NCBI GenBank assembly: GCA_965202855.1
Contig: CBDBBP010000003.1
Coordinates: forward strand, 400,941 to 464,940
Origin: Arenicellales bacterium
GTDB taxonomy: Bacteria > Pseudomonadota > Gammaproteobacteria > Arenicellales > JAJDZL01
DNA length: 64,000 nucleotides
Direction: 5' to 3'
Of this stretch, positions 10,481-21,022 are shown piece after piece. Within the stretch, counting starts at the first letter, position 1; each line of letters begins with the position of its first letter. Below the pieces are notes generated by a model. The model was not told where the DNA came from, did no database searches, and was given only the letters and a program-made list of their open reading frames with translations. A program made the translations under genes and the position numbers.

Positions 10481-12215
10481 GTTCTTCTGCTTGTAGTCGC
10501 CTTTCGTTAAGCAAATATGTTCGCATTACATCGTATGGCCAAACCACTCCTAAAAGCTGTTGATTCTCGGACTCGACGACAGGAACAATGTCTATATTGA
10601 AGAATCGACATGCTTCAACTGCTTGCGCGACATTTGTTTCTTCGCTGAATGTCAGAGGCACTGATTCGTATGCGACGTCTATCGGTTGGTCTGAATCAAA
10701 GTCACTTGCCTTCTCCAACGTAACCAAGCCTAAAAATGTGTCATCTTCGTCAACAACAATGCCGGTTTGATGAAAACCGGTTTCAAGTTTATTGATCGCT
10801 TCACCAATATTTTCATCTGGCCTTAACGCCAAGAAATTCTCATGTGCAATTTCAGAGACTTTTTTGTAGATGGCAAGTGCGTGGCTTCGTCCCAAGGAAA
10901 GATCAAAACCTCGATTGAATAATTGGGCGTCATACATAGACCTGCCGAAAATTCGATATGCTACAAGATTGGAAAAAACAACCGCTACCATGGATGCTAT
11001 CGTCAAATCGTAGCTATGAGTCAGCTCAAAAACGATGAGAATTGTTGCCAAGGGGGCCCCGATTACGGGGCTTGCTGCAGCCATCATTCCACAAATGGCA
11101 TATGGAACCACGCTTGTTATTGCCAGAGGAACGACTAAATCGATAATGCTTTCGTACAACGCTCCAAATAAAATCCCAATCAGCAAAATTGGACTGAATA
11201 CTCCACCGGCAAAGCCGAAACTGATGCATAGGATTGTGACTGCAAATTTAGCAATCAGTATCAATGCTAACTCGTTAACTTCGAATGCATGATCAATCGT
11301 GGCAAAACGTAAAGTAGTTGATCCAATACCTAGTACATCAGGAATTTTGATTGCCACAATCCCAAGAATAAATCCTGCAATCATCGGGCGTACGAAAATT
11401 GGGATGTTTGATTTTTGCACATGGGCAGTAGCAATCATGATTCCTTTGGCAAACGCGATGGCGAGAAAAGCACACAGAATTCCAAGAATCCCAAAAAATA
11501 CGTACTCGTATGGGTATTGAACACCCTCAAACTGAACTGAAAACAACAGTGGCTGCTCTAAGATGATGTCTACAATCGTGTAGGCCACTGCTGCCGCTAC
11601 TGCGGTTGGAGCAAACGCCTGCATCGAATAGTGTCTCAAGATGACTTCATGTGCAAACACCAATCCAGCGATCGGAGCATTGAATGCCGCCGCAATTGCA
11701 GCAGCAACCCCACTTGCAATGCAGATAGACTGCAGATTGGAAATGCTAATTTGGAGTTTGCCGAGTGCCGCACCAACGATCGTTCCCAAATAAACCAATG
11801 GTCCGTATTGTCCGACAGAGGCGCCGACACCCAGGGAAATGGTCGCTGCAATAGTGGACATAATTCCACTGCGCATTGATTCGCCGGAAGAGTCTGTTTG
11901 GACCATCAAAATTGTGTCTGGCGGTCCGAGTGATCTTTTGGCTTTTACCAAGTATTGAAAGATCAGCCCAACTATCAGGCCCCCAATAGTGGGTACGAGA
12001 ATGGTCGCTGAGATCAATATCAGCAGTTCATCGTCAAATTGAATTCTTGTTGATGGAGAAACCAGCAGTATGTCATTCATCCACCTAACTGTTCTTAGAA
12101 ATACCTGAGCAAGTAAGGCAACGACTATGCCGATTATCGTACCGATCAAACTAAGCGTGATGATGCGGTAAATCATCAACAAATAAGGCTGTCTAACTTT
12201 AAACTTTATGTCCAT
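10467..12215 (-). CDS. ClC family voltage-gated chloride channel/antiporter with C-terminal CBS pair
   Basis: 582 aa. ClC selectivity-type motifs GASVGQYGP and GGVFSPILLIG in a polytopic core, with a CBS-like C-terminal portion of about 130 aa. Confidence 0.85.
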   Translation of the reverse strand: MDIKFKVRQPYLLMIYRIITLSLIGTIIGIVVALLAQVFLRTVRWMNDILLVSPSTRIQFDDELLILISATILVPTIGGLIVGLIFQYLVKAKRSLGPPDTILMVQTDSSGESMRSGIMSTIAATISLGVGASVGQYGPLVYLGTIVGAALGKLQISISNLQSICIASGVAAAIAAAFNAPIAGLVFAHEVILRHYSMQAFAPTAVAAAVAYTIVDIILEQPLLFSVQFEGVQYPYEYVFFGILGILCAFLAIAFAKGIMIATAHVQKSNIPIFVRPMIAGFILGIVAIKIPDVLGIGSTTLRFATIDHAFEVNELALILIAKFAVTILCISFGFAGGVFSPILLIGILFGALYESIIDLVVPLAITSVVPYAICGMMAAASPVIGAPLATILIVFELTHSYDLTIASMVAVVFSNLVAYRIFGRSMYDAQLFNRGFDLSLGRSHALAIYKKVSEIAHENFLALRPDENIGEAINKLETGFHQTGIVVDEDDTFLGLVTLEKASDFDSDQPIDVAYESVPLTFSEETNVAQAVEACRFFNIDIVPVVESENQQLLGVVWPYDVMRTYLLNERRLQAEEHETL

Positions 12216-12254
12216 GACCAGTCTATTGCTTGATTCGTGTGGGAGTAAACTGCC

Positions 12255-12602
12255 TTAAACAATCTCAAAAACTCGTGTTGGCGGACGGCCAACTATAGCC
12301 TTGCCATTTGCTAAAACAATGGGTCTTTCAATGAGAATTGGGTGCTCAACCATGGCTGCAATCAGATCTTCGTCCGAGCGGTCAGATGAATTGAGACCGT
12401 ATTGCTTATAGACCGCTTCTCCCTTGCGCATGAAATCACGAGGAGATTGGCCAAGCAAATTTAGAATTTCTGCAAGTTTATTTGAATCCGGTGGCGTTTT
12501 GAGATATTCAATAACTCGAACTTCTACATCGAGCTTTCGCAAAATACCCAGAGTCGTTCTTGACTTAGAGCAGCGAGGATTGTGGTAGATTGTTACGGAC
12601 AT
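12255..12602 (-). CDS. arsC: ArsC/Spx family arsenate reductase (glutaredoxin-type)
   Basis: 115 aa. IYHNPRCSKSRTTL catalytic-Cys motif and IERPIV near the C-terminus. No arsB or arsR lies nearby. Confidence 0.75.
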   Translation of the reverse strand: MSVTIYHNPRCSKSRTTLGILRKLDVEVRVIEYLKTPPDSNKLAEILNLLGQSPRDFMRKGEAVYKQYGLNSSDRSDEDLIAAMVEHPILIERPIVLANGKAIVGRPPTRVFEIV

Positions 12603-13102
12603 TGGTTAAACGTAGAAAATGATTAGATTCGAAAATCAAAATACTGGTCTGTTCGAAATTGTTTATTTAATTCTGAAACGCAAATGGATTTGACGTTAAA
12701 ACGATCCGCTTTGGAATTCGATCCCGCAATATCGCGTCAAAAACCTGCATCAATTTGATTCTATTCTACACTGCCCAAATAAAAAATTTCCCAATTCTGT
12801 TTTCTCAAGAAGTTCTTGTCGAAGATGAACGGTCCTTCAAGCTTTGCCTAGCTTTGGTCTGTGGGCGATAAAATCTGTATTCACAAGGTTCGGAATTCCA
12901 ACATTTGCAAGCCGAAAAACGAACACAATTCTACTATTGGAAAAACGAATTTGAAGTCAATCTGAATTCAAACAATTGGTAAAGCATCTACCGTGCGTTT
13001 GTTATTGCCTAATTCAAAAAAAGATTGCTATACTTCACTGTGGCGACCTGATTGCTTTGTTGAGTGACGTTATCGCACTTGGTTTAAATGATTGATTTGC
13101 AC

Positions 13103-13116
13103 AAAGCAGCTGCTTT
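13103..13116. promoter_or_regulatory. Perfect 14-bp palindrome AAAGCAGCTGCTTT, possible operator
   Basis: Read directly. It lies about 100 bp upstream of the first gene of the 13.2-29.8 kb operon, and a half-site taaagcag repeats immediately downstream. Confidence 0.2.
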
Positions 13117-13214
13117 TAAAGCAGTTTCAGGTCAACCCAAAAGGTCTGCCGAGCAGATTTTCATTTACCCTCATAACGTGAATAAATCAAAAAAAATATG
13201 ATTAGGAGAATAAT

Positions 13215-14291
13215 ATGCGATTTATGAACAAACTAGCAGGAGCGCTTTTTGTAATGGTGCTGTTTGTGACAGCAAGTGCTCACGGCGAAACTCTTCGATT
13301 GTTAACCTGGGGTTCATACGCTCCAGAGGATGTAGTGCAGAAATTTGAAGCCAAATACCCAGACATAAAAGTTGAAGTCACTTTTTCAAACAATGAAGAA
13401 ATGATTGCGAAACTACGCGCGACTGGAGGTGCCGGATACGATTTGGCACAGCCAAGCCATGATCGGATTCATGCGGCTCATTTGGAATACAACATTTATA
13501 AACCGATGGATTTGTCAAAAATCAATACCGAGGCCATGGAACCTAATCTGCTGGCAGGTGTGAAAGCGAATACAACGATCGATGGAGAAGTTTACGCAGT
13601 TCCGCATCAATGGGGCACATCTGGACTTATGGCAGACAAAACGAAGGCGCCAGACTTGAAAAGCTGGGCGGACCTTTGCGATCCTAAGTACAAGGGAAAA
13701 ACTTCAATGCGTCTAAAGCGTACGATTCTATTGGGGACAGCTTTCGCTATGGGGGAGGACCCTTTCGCTGCTTATGCAGATCTAGATAAATATCAAATGA
13801 TTTTGGATCGCGCAGTTGAGAAGCTGATCGCCTGCAAAGACAACATTAAAGCCTACTGGAAAGGCGGAGATGATTTGTCTGCGATGATGTTGTCTGGTGA
13901 AATAATTGCATCCGAAACTTGGGATTCCACCGCTTACCGCTTGTTCGGTCAAAATTCGAACATCGTTTTTGTGCCGCCAGAAACTGGAGCGTTGGCGTGG
14001 ATAGATACCTTTGCTCTTCCTCGAAAAGGCGAAGCAGATGACGCCGCTTACAAGTGGATAAATTTCGTGCTGGAACCAGAAAACGTTACTGCGATGTCAG
14101 CTAGCTCAGGCGCTGTTGGTGCAGTTAAGGGTGGGTTGGACTTGCTCCCACCGGACAAAAAAGCCGCAGTGAACGCTGCGTTCTCAGCTGAAGATATTGA
14201 AAATTTGCAATTTTTTGCAAACATTCCTCCGGGCATCGAAGACATGGAAGGAAAAGCTCTTGAAAAAATCAAGGCTGCGACAGGAAATTAG
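13215..14291 (+). CDS. ABC transporter periplasmic substrate-binding protein, polyamine (PotD/PotF) family
   Basis: 358 aa. AGGAG Shine-Dalgarno at 13203-13207, a signal peptide ending ASAHG, and PotD-like motifs (LLTWGSY, WGTSG). Confidence 0.85.
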   Translation: MRFMNKLAGALFVMVLFVTASAHGETLRLLTWGSYAPEDVVQKFEAKYPDIKVEVTFSNNEEMIAKLRATGGAGYDLAQPSHDRIHAAHLEYNIYKPMDLSKINTEAMEPNLLAGVKANTTIDGEVYAVPHQWGTSGLMADKTKAPDLKSWADLCDPKYKGKTSMRLKRTILLGTAFAMGEDPFAAYADLDKYQMILDRAVEKLIACKDNIKAYWKGGDDLSAMMLSGEIIASETWDSTAYRLFGQNSNIVFVPPETGALAWIDTFALPRKGEADDAAYKWINFVLEPENVTAMSASSGAVGAVKGGLDLLPPDKKAAVNAAFSAEDIENLQFFANIPPGIEDMEGKALEKIKAATGN

Positions 14292-14312
14292 ATTCGGTTC
14301 GACAGGAATATG

Positions 14313-14342
14313 TCCCGTGCGGTCGTTCTGGGCTGCACGGGA
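14313..14342 (+). terminator. Intercistronic stem-loop (possible attenuator/stabiliser after the SBP gene)
   Basis: tcccgtgc (14313-14320) pairs with gcacggga (14335-14342) across a 14-nt loop, followed by a T-rich stretch attcttctgtatt. Confidence 0.35.
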
Positions 14343-14398
14343 TTCTTCTGTATTGAAGCTAAAATGGCTTCAATTTTCATTTGATTAGGATCGATAAC

Positions 14399-15508
14399 AT
14401 GATCTATGACCTTGAATGCATTGATATTTCCAAGAATTTTGGGGAAATTCGTGCGGTTCGCAACGTATCCTTCCAAATTCCTGCGGGTTCTTTCTTCTCG
14501 ATTCTTGGGCCGTCAGGCTGCGGCAAGACCACAATCATGCGAATGGTTGCAGGATTTGAGACTCCAACTTCCGGTGAAATCAAGATTCGGGGCAAATCTG
14601 TCATCCACACCCCTGCAAACAAGCGAAATGTGAAAATGGTGTTTCAGCATTTGGCGCTGTTTCCAATGATGAATGTTTATGAAAACGTTGCCTATGGGTT
14701 GAGATGCAGAGGTGTGAATAAAACCGAAGTAGAGCGCAAAGTTAAAGATGTGCTGCGACGCGTCGCTTTGCCCGATGTAGGTCAGCGAGAAATTCACGAG
14801 CTGTCAGGAGGGCAAAAACAGCGTATCGCAATTGCTCGATGCATGGTGCTTGACCCGGATGTTCTGCTGTTGGATGAGCCGCTCGGCGCCTTGGATCTGA
14901 AGCTGCGCGAAGCGATGAAGATAGAACTGAAAATGCTTCAGCACCAGTTCAATACCACCTTTGTATATATCACTCACGATCAAGGTGAGGCATTGGTCAT
15001 GTCAGACCATGTGGCAGTGATGAAGGACGGCAAATTTGAGCAGGTGGGAATTCCTCAAGACTTATACCAAAATCCAATGACTGCGTTTGTAGCGAGATTT
15101 GTCGGTGAATCCAATCGATGGTTCGGCAAAATTGTCGGTTTTGACGACAGGACGGTCAAAGTGCAAACGAAAGGCGGACTTGGCATCATTTGCTCTTCGA
15201 CTCACTTGACCGCCAAGAAAATTCACCAGGAAGTGGAAATCTTCGTACGTCCTGAATTCATCACTACACAGCGTCAAGACCGGTCGTCAGCGTTTCCGTC
15301 TGACAGTATGAATGTCTGTGAAGGCCAAGTTGACAGCGTTCTGTTTAACGGCGCAAATAGTCGAATTTTGGTTCGAGACCTGAATCAGCAGCTGATTGAA
15401 GCCTCAGTGACTCTAACTGGCAGTGCAGATGATTTTCGCAACGGTGACAAAGTCCGCTTGATTTGGCCAGTTGAGCAGTCCATGTGTTTTTCTGCTTCCA
15501 GTGCGTGA
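14399..15508 (+). CDS. ABC transporter ATP-binding protein, PotA/PotG-like
   Basis: Walker A GPSGCGKTT, signature LSGGQKQR, Walker B LLLDEPLGALD and a C-terminal TOBE-like domain. ATG at 14399 is preferred over TTG at 14381. Confidence 0.9.
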   Translation: MIYDLECIDISKNFGEIRAVRNVSFQIPAGSFFSILGPSGCGKTTIMRMVAGFETPTSGEIKIRGKSVIHTPANKRNVKMVFQHLALFPMMNVYENVAYGLRCRGVNKTEVERKVKDVLRRVALPDVGQREIHELSGGQKQRIAIARCMVLDPDVLLLDEPLGALDLKLREAMKIELKMLQHQFNTTFVYITHDQGEALVMSDHVAVMKDGKFEQVGIPQDLYQNPMTAFVARFVGESNRWFGKIVGFDDRTVKVQTKGGLGIICSSTHLTAKKIHQEVEIFVRPEFITTQRQDRSSAFPSDSMNVCEGQVDSVLFNGANSRILVRDLNQQLIEASVTLTGSADDFRNGDKVRLIWPVEQSMCFSASSA

Positions 15509-15517
15509 TATTCAGCA

Positions 15518-16384
15518 GTGCAAAAAGATATAAAACGACTGTCTTTATTTCTGCTTTTTCTGCCATTTGCGCTATGGATCAGTTTGCTTGTTATTGTGCC
15601 GCATATCGGAATGGCGGTGCTCTCACTCCGGGAGAAAATTGCCCCTCGAGTGTATGAATTTGGTCTCGGGAACTATATTGACTTTATCAATGAACCAATT
15701 TATTGGAACACGTTGCTTCGCACAGGCTCGATGTCGCTGCTGGTTACCGCGCTGGCGCTTCTCATCGGTTTTCCAATTGCATATTACATCGCCAAAATAG
15801 CGGGATACAGAACTCGCGGCGCATTGTTTCTATTTTGCTTGATTCCCCTATGGGTAAGTGATCTGATCAGAGCATTCGGTTGGATTCTGCTATTGAGGGA
15901 AACCGGTGTTGTTTCGGGGATTCTGCAATGGACCGGAATTGTGCCAGGACCTGTTGAGTTTCTCTATAACGATGTAACGGTTATCGTAGGCTTGATTTAC
16001 ACGGTGATTTTGTTCATGATTGTTCCGATTGCCTCAACCCTGGATGGCATGGACAATTCAATGATTGAAGCGGGCTACAACTTGGGTGGCAATCACTTCA
16101 CCGTTCTGCGGCGGATCATTGTGCCATATGCGATGCCTGGCATCGCTTCGGGCTGTATCGTAGTTTTCATGCTGACAGCCGGCAGTTATCTAACTCCTAT
16201 TCTCTTGGGTGGAAAAAATTCGAGTTGGTTTACCGAGCAAATTTACGAACAGTTCATTACTCGCTACAATTGGGAGTCGGGTGCCGCATTCGGTTTTCTG
16301 CTTCTCGCCTTTACTTCTATCGTAGTATGGATTGGACTGAAGCTGACAGGCCAAACTCTTTCCAGTACAGTGTCGCGAAACTAA
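15518..16384 (+). CDS. ABC transporter permease (PotB/PotH-like)
   Basis: 288 aa, six TM segments, and an EAA-loop-like MIEAGYNLGGNHFTVLRRIIVP. Confidence 0.85.
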   Translation: MQKDIKRLSLFLLFLPFALWISLLVIVPHIGMAVLSLREKIAPRVYEFGLGNYIDFINEPIYWNTLLRTGSMSLLVTALALLIGFPIAYYIAKIAGYRTRGALFLFCLIPLWVSDLIRAFGWILLLRETGVVSGILQWTGIVPGPVEFLYNDVTVIVGLIYTVILFMIVPIASTLDGMDNSMIEAGYNLGGNHFTVLRRIIVPYAMPGIASGCIVVFMLTAGSYLTPILLGGKNSSWFTEQIYEQFITRYNWESGAAFGFLLLAFTSIVVWIGLKLTGQTLSSTVSRN

Positions 16385-16385
16385 G

Positions 16386-17261
16386 ATGAGCACGTTTTCC
16401 ATACAGCCAGTAAAACGCAACTCCTTGATTTGGCTGTATCGGGCTTATGTACTGGCGTTTTTGGTTTTTCTTACCGCACCTCTTGTCGCAGCCAGCATCT
16501 TTGCTTTTAATGACTCTTTATTTCCAGCTCTGCCGTGGCAAGGTTTTACATGGAACTGGTTTTTCAATGACTCTGAGCCACAGTTAGGAATGTTTCATGA
16601 TCGCAGACTGCTAAGAGGTCTGTATTATTCATTCATCATTGCGGTGATTGTTTCCATATTGTGTGTTTTCATAGGAACTTGCAACGCATTTCTATTCGAG
16701 CGTGGCCAATTTCGGGGCAAGAATTTTTTCTACGTGCTTATGATCTTGCCGTTGGTGATCCCAGGAGTCATACTTGGAATCTCCATTCTTGTGTTGGCTA
16801 GCACCATTGCCAATGGCCTTGAAGATTCTTACAACATTGATTTGGGATTCCTTCGTCCAGGCATAGTCCTTGTTGTTTTGGGACAAATTTCCTTTACATC
16901 TACAATTACGACACTTGTAATCTCGGCAAGATTGAAGAAGTTTGATCTGGCGATGGAAGAGGCTGCGTTAAATCTTGGAGCGAGCTGGGGAAGAGTATTG
17001 TTCACCATTACTTTGCCATTTCTTCGGCCTGCGATGATCGCGTCTGCCATCGTGGCATTTTTGGTATCGTTCGAGAACTTTAACACAACTTTGTTTCTTG
17101 TCGGATCAGAAGCGCCACTGACAATCACGATGTATGACCGAATGGCAAAAGTGGGCTCGACACCAGTATTGAACGCAGTGTCCTTTTTATTGATCATTGG
17201 GTCCGGCCTGCTCGCTTTGCTGTCAATTGTCGTACAGCGAAGCAAATCTTCTGACAAGTGA
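16386..17261 (+). CDS. ABC transporter permease (PotC/PotI-like)
   Basis: 291 aa. EAA loop MEEAALNLGASWGRVLFTITLP. It starts 2 nt after the preceding permease. Confidence 0.85.
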   Translation: MSTFSIQPVKRNSLIWLYRAYVLAFLVFLTAPLVAASIFAFNDSLFPALPWQGFTWNWFFNDSEPQLGMFHDRRLLRGLYYSFIIAVIVSILCVFIGTCNAFLFERGQFRGKNFFYVLMILPLVIPGVILGISILVLASTIANGLEDSYNIDLGFLRPGIVLVVLGQISFTSTITTLVISARLKKFDLAMEEAALNLGASWGRVLFTITLPFLRPAMIASAIVAFLVSFENFNTTLFLVGSEAPLTITMYDRMAKVGSTPVLNAVSFLLIIGSGLLALLSIVVQRSKSSDK

Positions 17262-17323
17262 CAAGCTCTATCTGTTGCTTTCTAAAATGTCTCAACTTCG
17301 ACTGAGTTAGTGCTCCGCTCGAA

Positions 17324-18988
17324 TTGGGTGAAGAGAATTTTTTATTGAGTTCAGTTCAGAAATCAACATTCGTACCCAGTTTCATCATCGTCGGTGCAGG
17401 TTCTGCTGGGTGTGTATTAGCCAGTCGGCTGACTGCTTATGATCGGTACAGCGTCCTGCTGCTTGAAGCCGGAGGCAGTGATTTCAATTTTTGGGTGCAA
17501 GTTCCAATAGGCTATGGCAGAGCGTTCTATCACCCCGGTCTAAACTGGATGTATGTCACCAAGCCAGATGCGGCTTTAAATGGCAGAAAGTTGTACTGGC
17601 CAAGAGGCAAGGTAATCGGCGGTTCCAGCTCGATCAACGCAATGGTTTACATTCGCGGTCATGCCGATGATTTTGATGAATGGGAAGCAATGGGAAATCA
17701 AAATTGGAATTGGCGGGAAGTGCTGCCGTATTTCAAAAAATCTGAGTGCAATGATCTTGGCGAAGATGAATTCAGGGGTGGACAAGGTCCATTGCATGTG
17801 TCGACTATGGAGCGCGATCTTCATCCGTTGTGTCAGAACTTTATTCGCGCCGCGAATGAATGTGGATTCCCTGCAAATCCAGATTTTAACGGCGCCAGTC
17901 AAGAGGGTGTAGGCCTCTATCAGAATACTGTTAAAAACGGCATTCGCATGTCTGCGGCACGCGCTTACTTAAATCCTGTAAGACGCCGAAAAAATTTGCA
18001 TATTGAAACACGTTCTCATGTCACACGGATATTATTCGAAGATAAAAGAGCAGCAGGCATCGAGTACGTCAAACGTGGCAAAAGAATTCAGGTCAAGGCC
18101 GGACGTGAAGTCATACTTTGCGCAGGTGCAGTCAATTCGCCTCAACTATTGCAGCTATCGGGAATCGGGTCATCACGGATGTTGAATTCGCACAACATTA
18201 ACGTTATTTGTGAACGCAATGGAGTGGGGGAGAATTTACAGGACCATCTGGGTGTTGACTATCTATATCGATCTTTGGTGCCGACACTGAACAATCAGCT
18301 GCATCCAATTTGGGGAAAAATGTGGCAGGGATTTCGTTATCTTTTGAATCGTCGCGGCCCTCTGTCTCTTGGTGTCAATCAAGGGGGTGGTTTTGTTCGC
18401 ACGCAAAGTCACTTGAAAAAACCGAATATGCAGCTCTTTTTTTCACCCGTCAGTTACACCAAAGCGCCACCCGGAAAGCGACCTCTGATGAATCCAGATC
18501 ATTTCCCGGGATTTTTACTGGGCATTCAGCCAACCAGGCCTGTGAGCAGAGGACGAATTGAGCTGGAGTCGGCCAGCCCGTTCAGCTCCCCAGCAATTTA
18601 TCCCAATTATCTGTCGGACGATGCTGATATTCAGGAAATGCTTGAGGGTGCGAAACTAATTCGAAAACTTGCCGCAGCTCCGTCACTTTCCAGCATTATC
18701 GACAAAGAGCTGTTACCGGGCTCGGATGTTCAGTCTGATCAGGAGCTCATTGAGGATATACGAGAGAGATCAACCACCGTATTCCATCCGGTTGGGACCT
18801 GTCGAATGGGACCTAACGTCAGTACAGATGTCGTTGATCACCAGCTAAAAGTGTACGGAGTCGATGCTTTGCGAGTGGTAGATGCATCTATTTTTCCAAC
18901 GCTTACGTCAGGAAACACCAACGCTCCCACAATAATGGTTGCGGAAAAAGCTTCCGATTTGATCATTCAAAGTCACGTGCAGAACTGA
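17324..18988 (+). CDS. GMC family FAD oxidoreductase (choline/alcohol dehydrogenase-like)
   Basis: 554 aa. FIIVGAGSAGCVLASRL, GKVIGGSSSINAM and C-terminal HPVGTCRMG...GNTNAPTIM. TTG start. Confidence 0.85.
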   Translation: MGEENFLLSSVQKSTFVPSFIIVGAGSAGCVLASRLTAYDRYSVLLLEAGGSDFNFWVQVPIGYGRAFYHPGLNWMYVTKPDAALNGRKLYWPRGKVIGGSSSINAMVYIRGHADDFDEWEAMGNQNWNWREVLPYFKKSECNDLGEDEFRGGQGPLHVSTMERDLHPLCQNFIRAANECGFPANPDFNGASQEGVGLYQNTVKNGIRMSAARAYLNPVRRRKNLHIETRSHVTRILFEDKRAAGIEYVKRGKRIQVKAGREVILCAGAVNSPQLLQLSGIGSSRMLNSHNINVICERNGVGENLQDHLGVDYLYRSLVPTLNNQLHPIWGKMWQGFRYLLNRRGPLSLGVNQGGGFVRTQSHLKKPNMQLFFSPVSYTKAPPGKRPLMNPDHFPGFLLGIQPTRPVSRGRIELESASPFSSPAIYPNYLSDDADIQEMLEGAKLIRKLAAAPSLSSIIDKELLPGSDVQSDQELIEDIRERSTTVFHPVGTCRMGPNVSTDVVDHQLKVYGVDALRVVDASIFPTLTSGNTNAPTIMVAEKASDLIIQSHVQN

Positions 18989-19255
18989 AATACGAAATTT
19001 TGTAGCATTGCAGTTGTTGCGTCATAATGGTTCAGTGTAGTTATTTTTCATTTTTCTGCGTCAATATCATTAACGATTTCAGTTACTTGTAACAATTTTC
19101 AACATTTTTGACTTGATGAGAATGTTCAATTGAACGCTCGAACTGGCATCAACTCATTACATCCAGCCAAAGTGGATTCGCAGTTATTTGGCTGTTTTCG
19201 AAGTAAATTGACAGACCGCGCTCAAAGGTATAATTTAAACACCGATATCAATCAG

Positions 19256-20950
19256 ATGCCTAGCCTTGAAATGTCTTTGCAATCCACTCAAGCACGTCAA
19301 AATTTGAACCACTTCAAATTGCGGCACGGCGGAAAAATTTTGGCCGATCAGTTGGCAATTCAGCAGTGTAAAGCCGTCTTTTGTGTCGCCGGTGAATCCT
19401 TTTTGCCAGCGCTTGATGGTCTGTACGATCACCCGGAAATCCAGACTGTAACCTGTCGCCACGAGGGTGGAGCCGCCATAATGGCGGAAGCATACGGCAA
19501 AATGACCGGTCGTCCCGCCGTATGTTTTGTAACTCGAGGTCCGGGTGCTACGAACGCCTCATTAGGAGCTCACATCGCCTTGCAGGATTCAACTCCGATG
19601 GTGTTGATGATCGGACAAGTTGAGCGTTCTTACTTAGATCGAGAAGCTTTTCAGGAAGTCGACTTTCGAACTATGTTTCGCCCCCTTGCAAAGTGGGTGG
19701 CTCAGGTTGAGGACCCTAGAAGAATTCCCGAATACGTGAGCAGAGCTTGGGCGACTGCGATGTCAGGACGTCAAGGACCGGTTGTTCTCGTATTTCCGGA
19801 AGATGTTCTGTTTCAGGAAGTTGAAGTCGAGGACCTGCTAACGGTAAACGTAGTTGAAGCGATCGCATCAGAGGGTACCTCGGAGCAAGTGTCATCATTT
19901 TTTAGCGGTGCAAAACGTCCGCTTGTTGTGGTTGGCGGGAGCGGATGGAGCGAGGAGTGCCGGGTCAGACTGGAGTCGTTTTCTGAGCGCAATAATCTTC
20001 CAGTCGCTGCCGAATTTCGCTGTCAGGACTATTTTGACAATCGACATCAAAATTACATTGGCGATCTCGGCATCAGTACAGGGCCTGGACTTGAATCGAT
20101 GATGCGAGAAAGTGATGCCGTTCTTTGTATTGGTGCGAGACTCGGGGAACTTCCAACTCAAAAATATTCACTAGTCCAAGCGCCGAATCCCCGTTCAACA
20201 TTATTTCACGTACATGCGGATATTGGTGAGTTAGGACGAGTCTATCAACCCACAGTCGCATGCAACGCTGCGTCATTGTCCTTTATCGCAAGGCTTGATG
20301 ACGTAGAATTAAGCAATCGAAATATCTGGTTGGACTGGACGAAACAAGGGCGAAAATACTTTCTGGGTCATTCCTCTACAGCAGGCTCGAACAGTCCTGA
20401 ATTGAATGATCAAGTTATTGAGTGGTTGCGGAACCAAGTGCCATCGGACACGATAGTTACGAGTGGGTCAGGAATCAGCACCGGCGTACTGCATCGTTAC
20501 TATTATTATGGCGCTCGTTTTCGCACGCAATTGGCGCCGATTGCTGGCTCGATGGGATACAGCTTACCAGCCGCCATTTCTGCAAAAATGTGTGCGCCTA
20601 GCCAAAAAGTTGTCTGCATTTGCGGCGATGGCTGTTTCATGATGACTGCCCCGGAGCTAGCAACTGCTGCACAGTTGAATCTTGACATTACGGTGATTGT
20701 TGTGAATAACGGAGTGCTTGGCACCATTCGTAAACATCAAGAAAAACACTACCCGGGTCGAGTTGTGGCGACGGATTTGCAAAATCCTGATTTTAGCCTG
20801 TTCGCGAAAAGCTTCGGCGCATTGGGATTCACTGCGACTTCATTTGCAGAATTTAAAGAAGCCTTTCTGAACGCAGATTCTCACAAAGGATTGGCGCTTA
20901 TTGATTTGCAACTGGATCGCTCGACTTACGTTCGCTCACTGATGACTTGA
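19256..20950 (+). CDS. Thiamine-diphosphate-dependent enzyme, acetolactate synthase/benzoylformate decarboxylase-like
   Basis: N-terminal Pyr domain (CRHEGGAAIMAEAYGK..TRGPGATN) and the ThDP-binding motif GDGCFMMT...NNG. The ORF opens at 19130, but ATG at 19256 or 19271 fits family length better. Confidence 0.8.
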   Translation: MPSLEMSLQSTQARQNLNHFKLRHGGKILADQLAIQQCKAVFCVAGESFLPALDGLYDHPEIQTVTCRHEGGAAIMAEAYGKMTGRPAVCFVTRGPGATNASLGAHIALQDSTPMVLMIGQVERSYLDREAFQEVDFRTMFRPLAKWVAQVEDPRRIPEYVSRAWATAMSGRQGPVVLVFPEDVLFQEVEVEDLLTVNVVEAIASEGTSEQVSSFFSGAKRPLVVVGGSGWSEECRVRLESFSERNNLPVAAEFRCQDYFDNRHQNYIGDLGISTGPGLESMMRESDAVLCIGARLGELPTQKYSLVQAPNPRSTLFHVHADIGELGRVYQPTVACNAASLSFIARLDDVELSNRNIWLDWTKQGRKYFLGHSSTAGSNSPELNDQVIEWLRNQVPSDTIVTSGSGISTGVLHRYYYYGARFRTQLAPIAGSMGYSLPAAISAKMCAPSQKVVCICGDGCFMMTAPELATAAQLNLDITVIVVNNGVLGTIRKHQEKHYPGRVVATDLQNPDFSLFAKSFGALGFTATSFAEFKEAFLNADSHKGLALIDLQLDRSTYVRSLMT

Positions 20951-21022
20951 TACTTTAGTGTTCATTTGACGAAAGCAAATCGACATCTTCACTTTTTGAT
21001 GAAACTGTATAAACTTTGAATA

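Noticed and set aside
12255-12602. ArsC as evidence of an arsenic-resistance operon
   Set aside because: It is a stand-alone gene with no arsR, arsB, acr3 or arsA nearby, so only the family call is retained.
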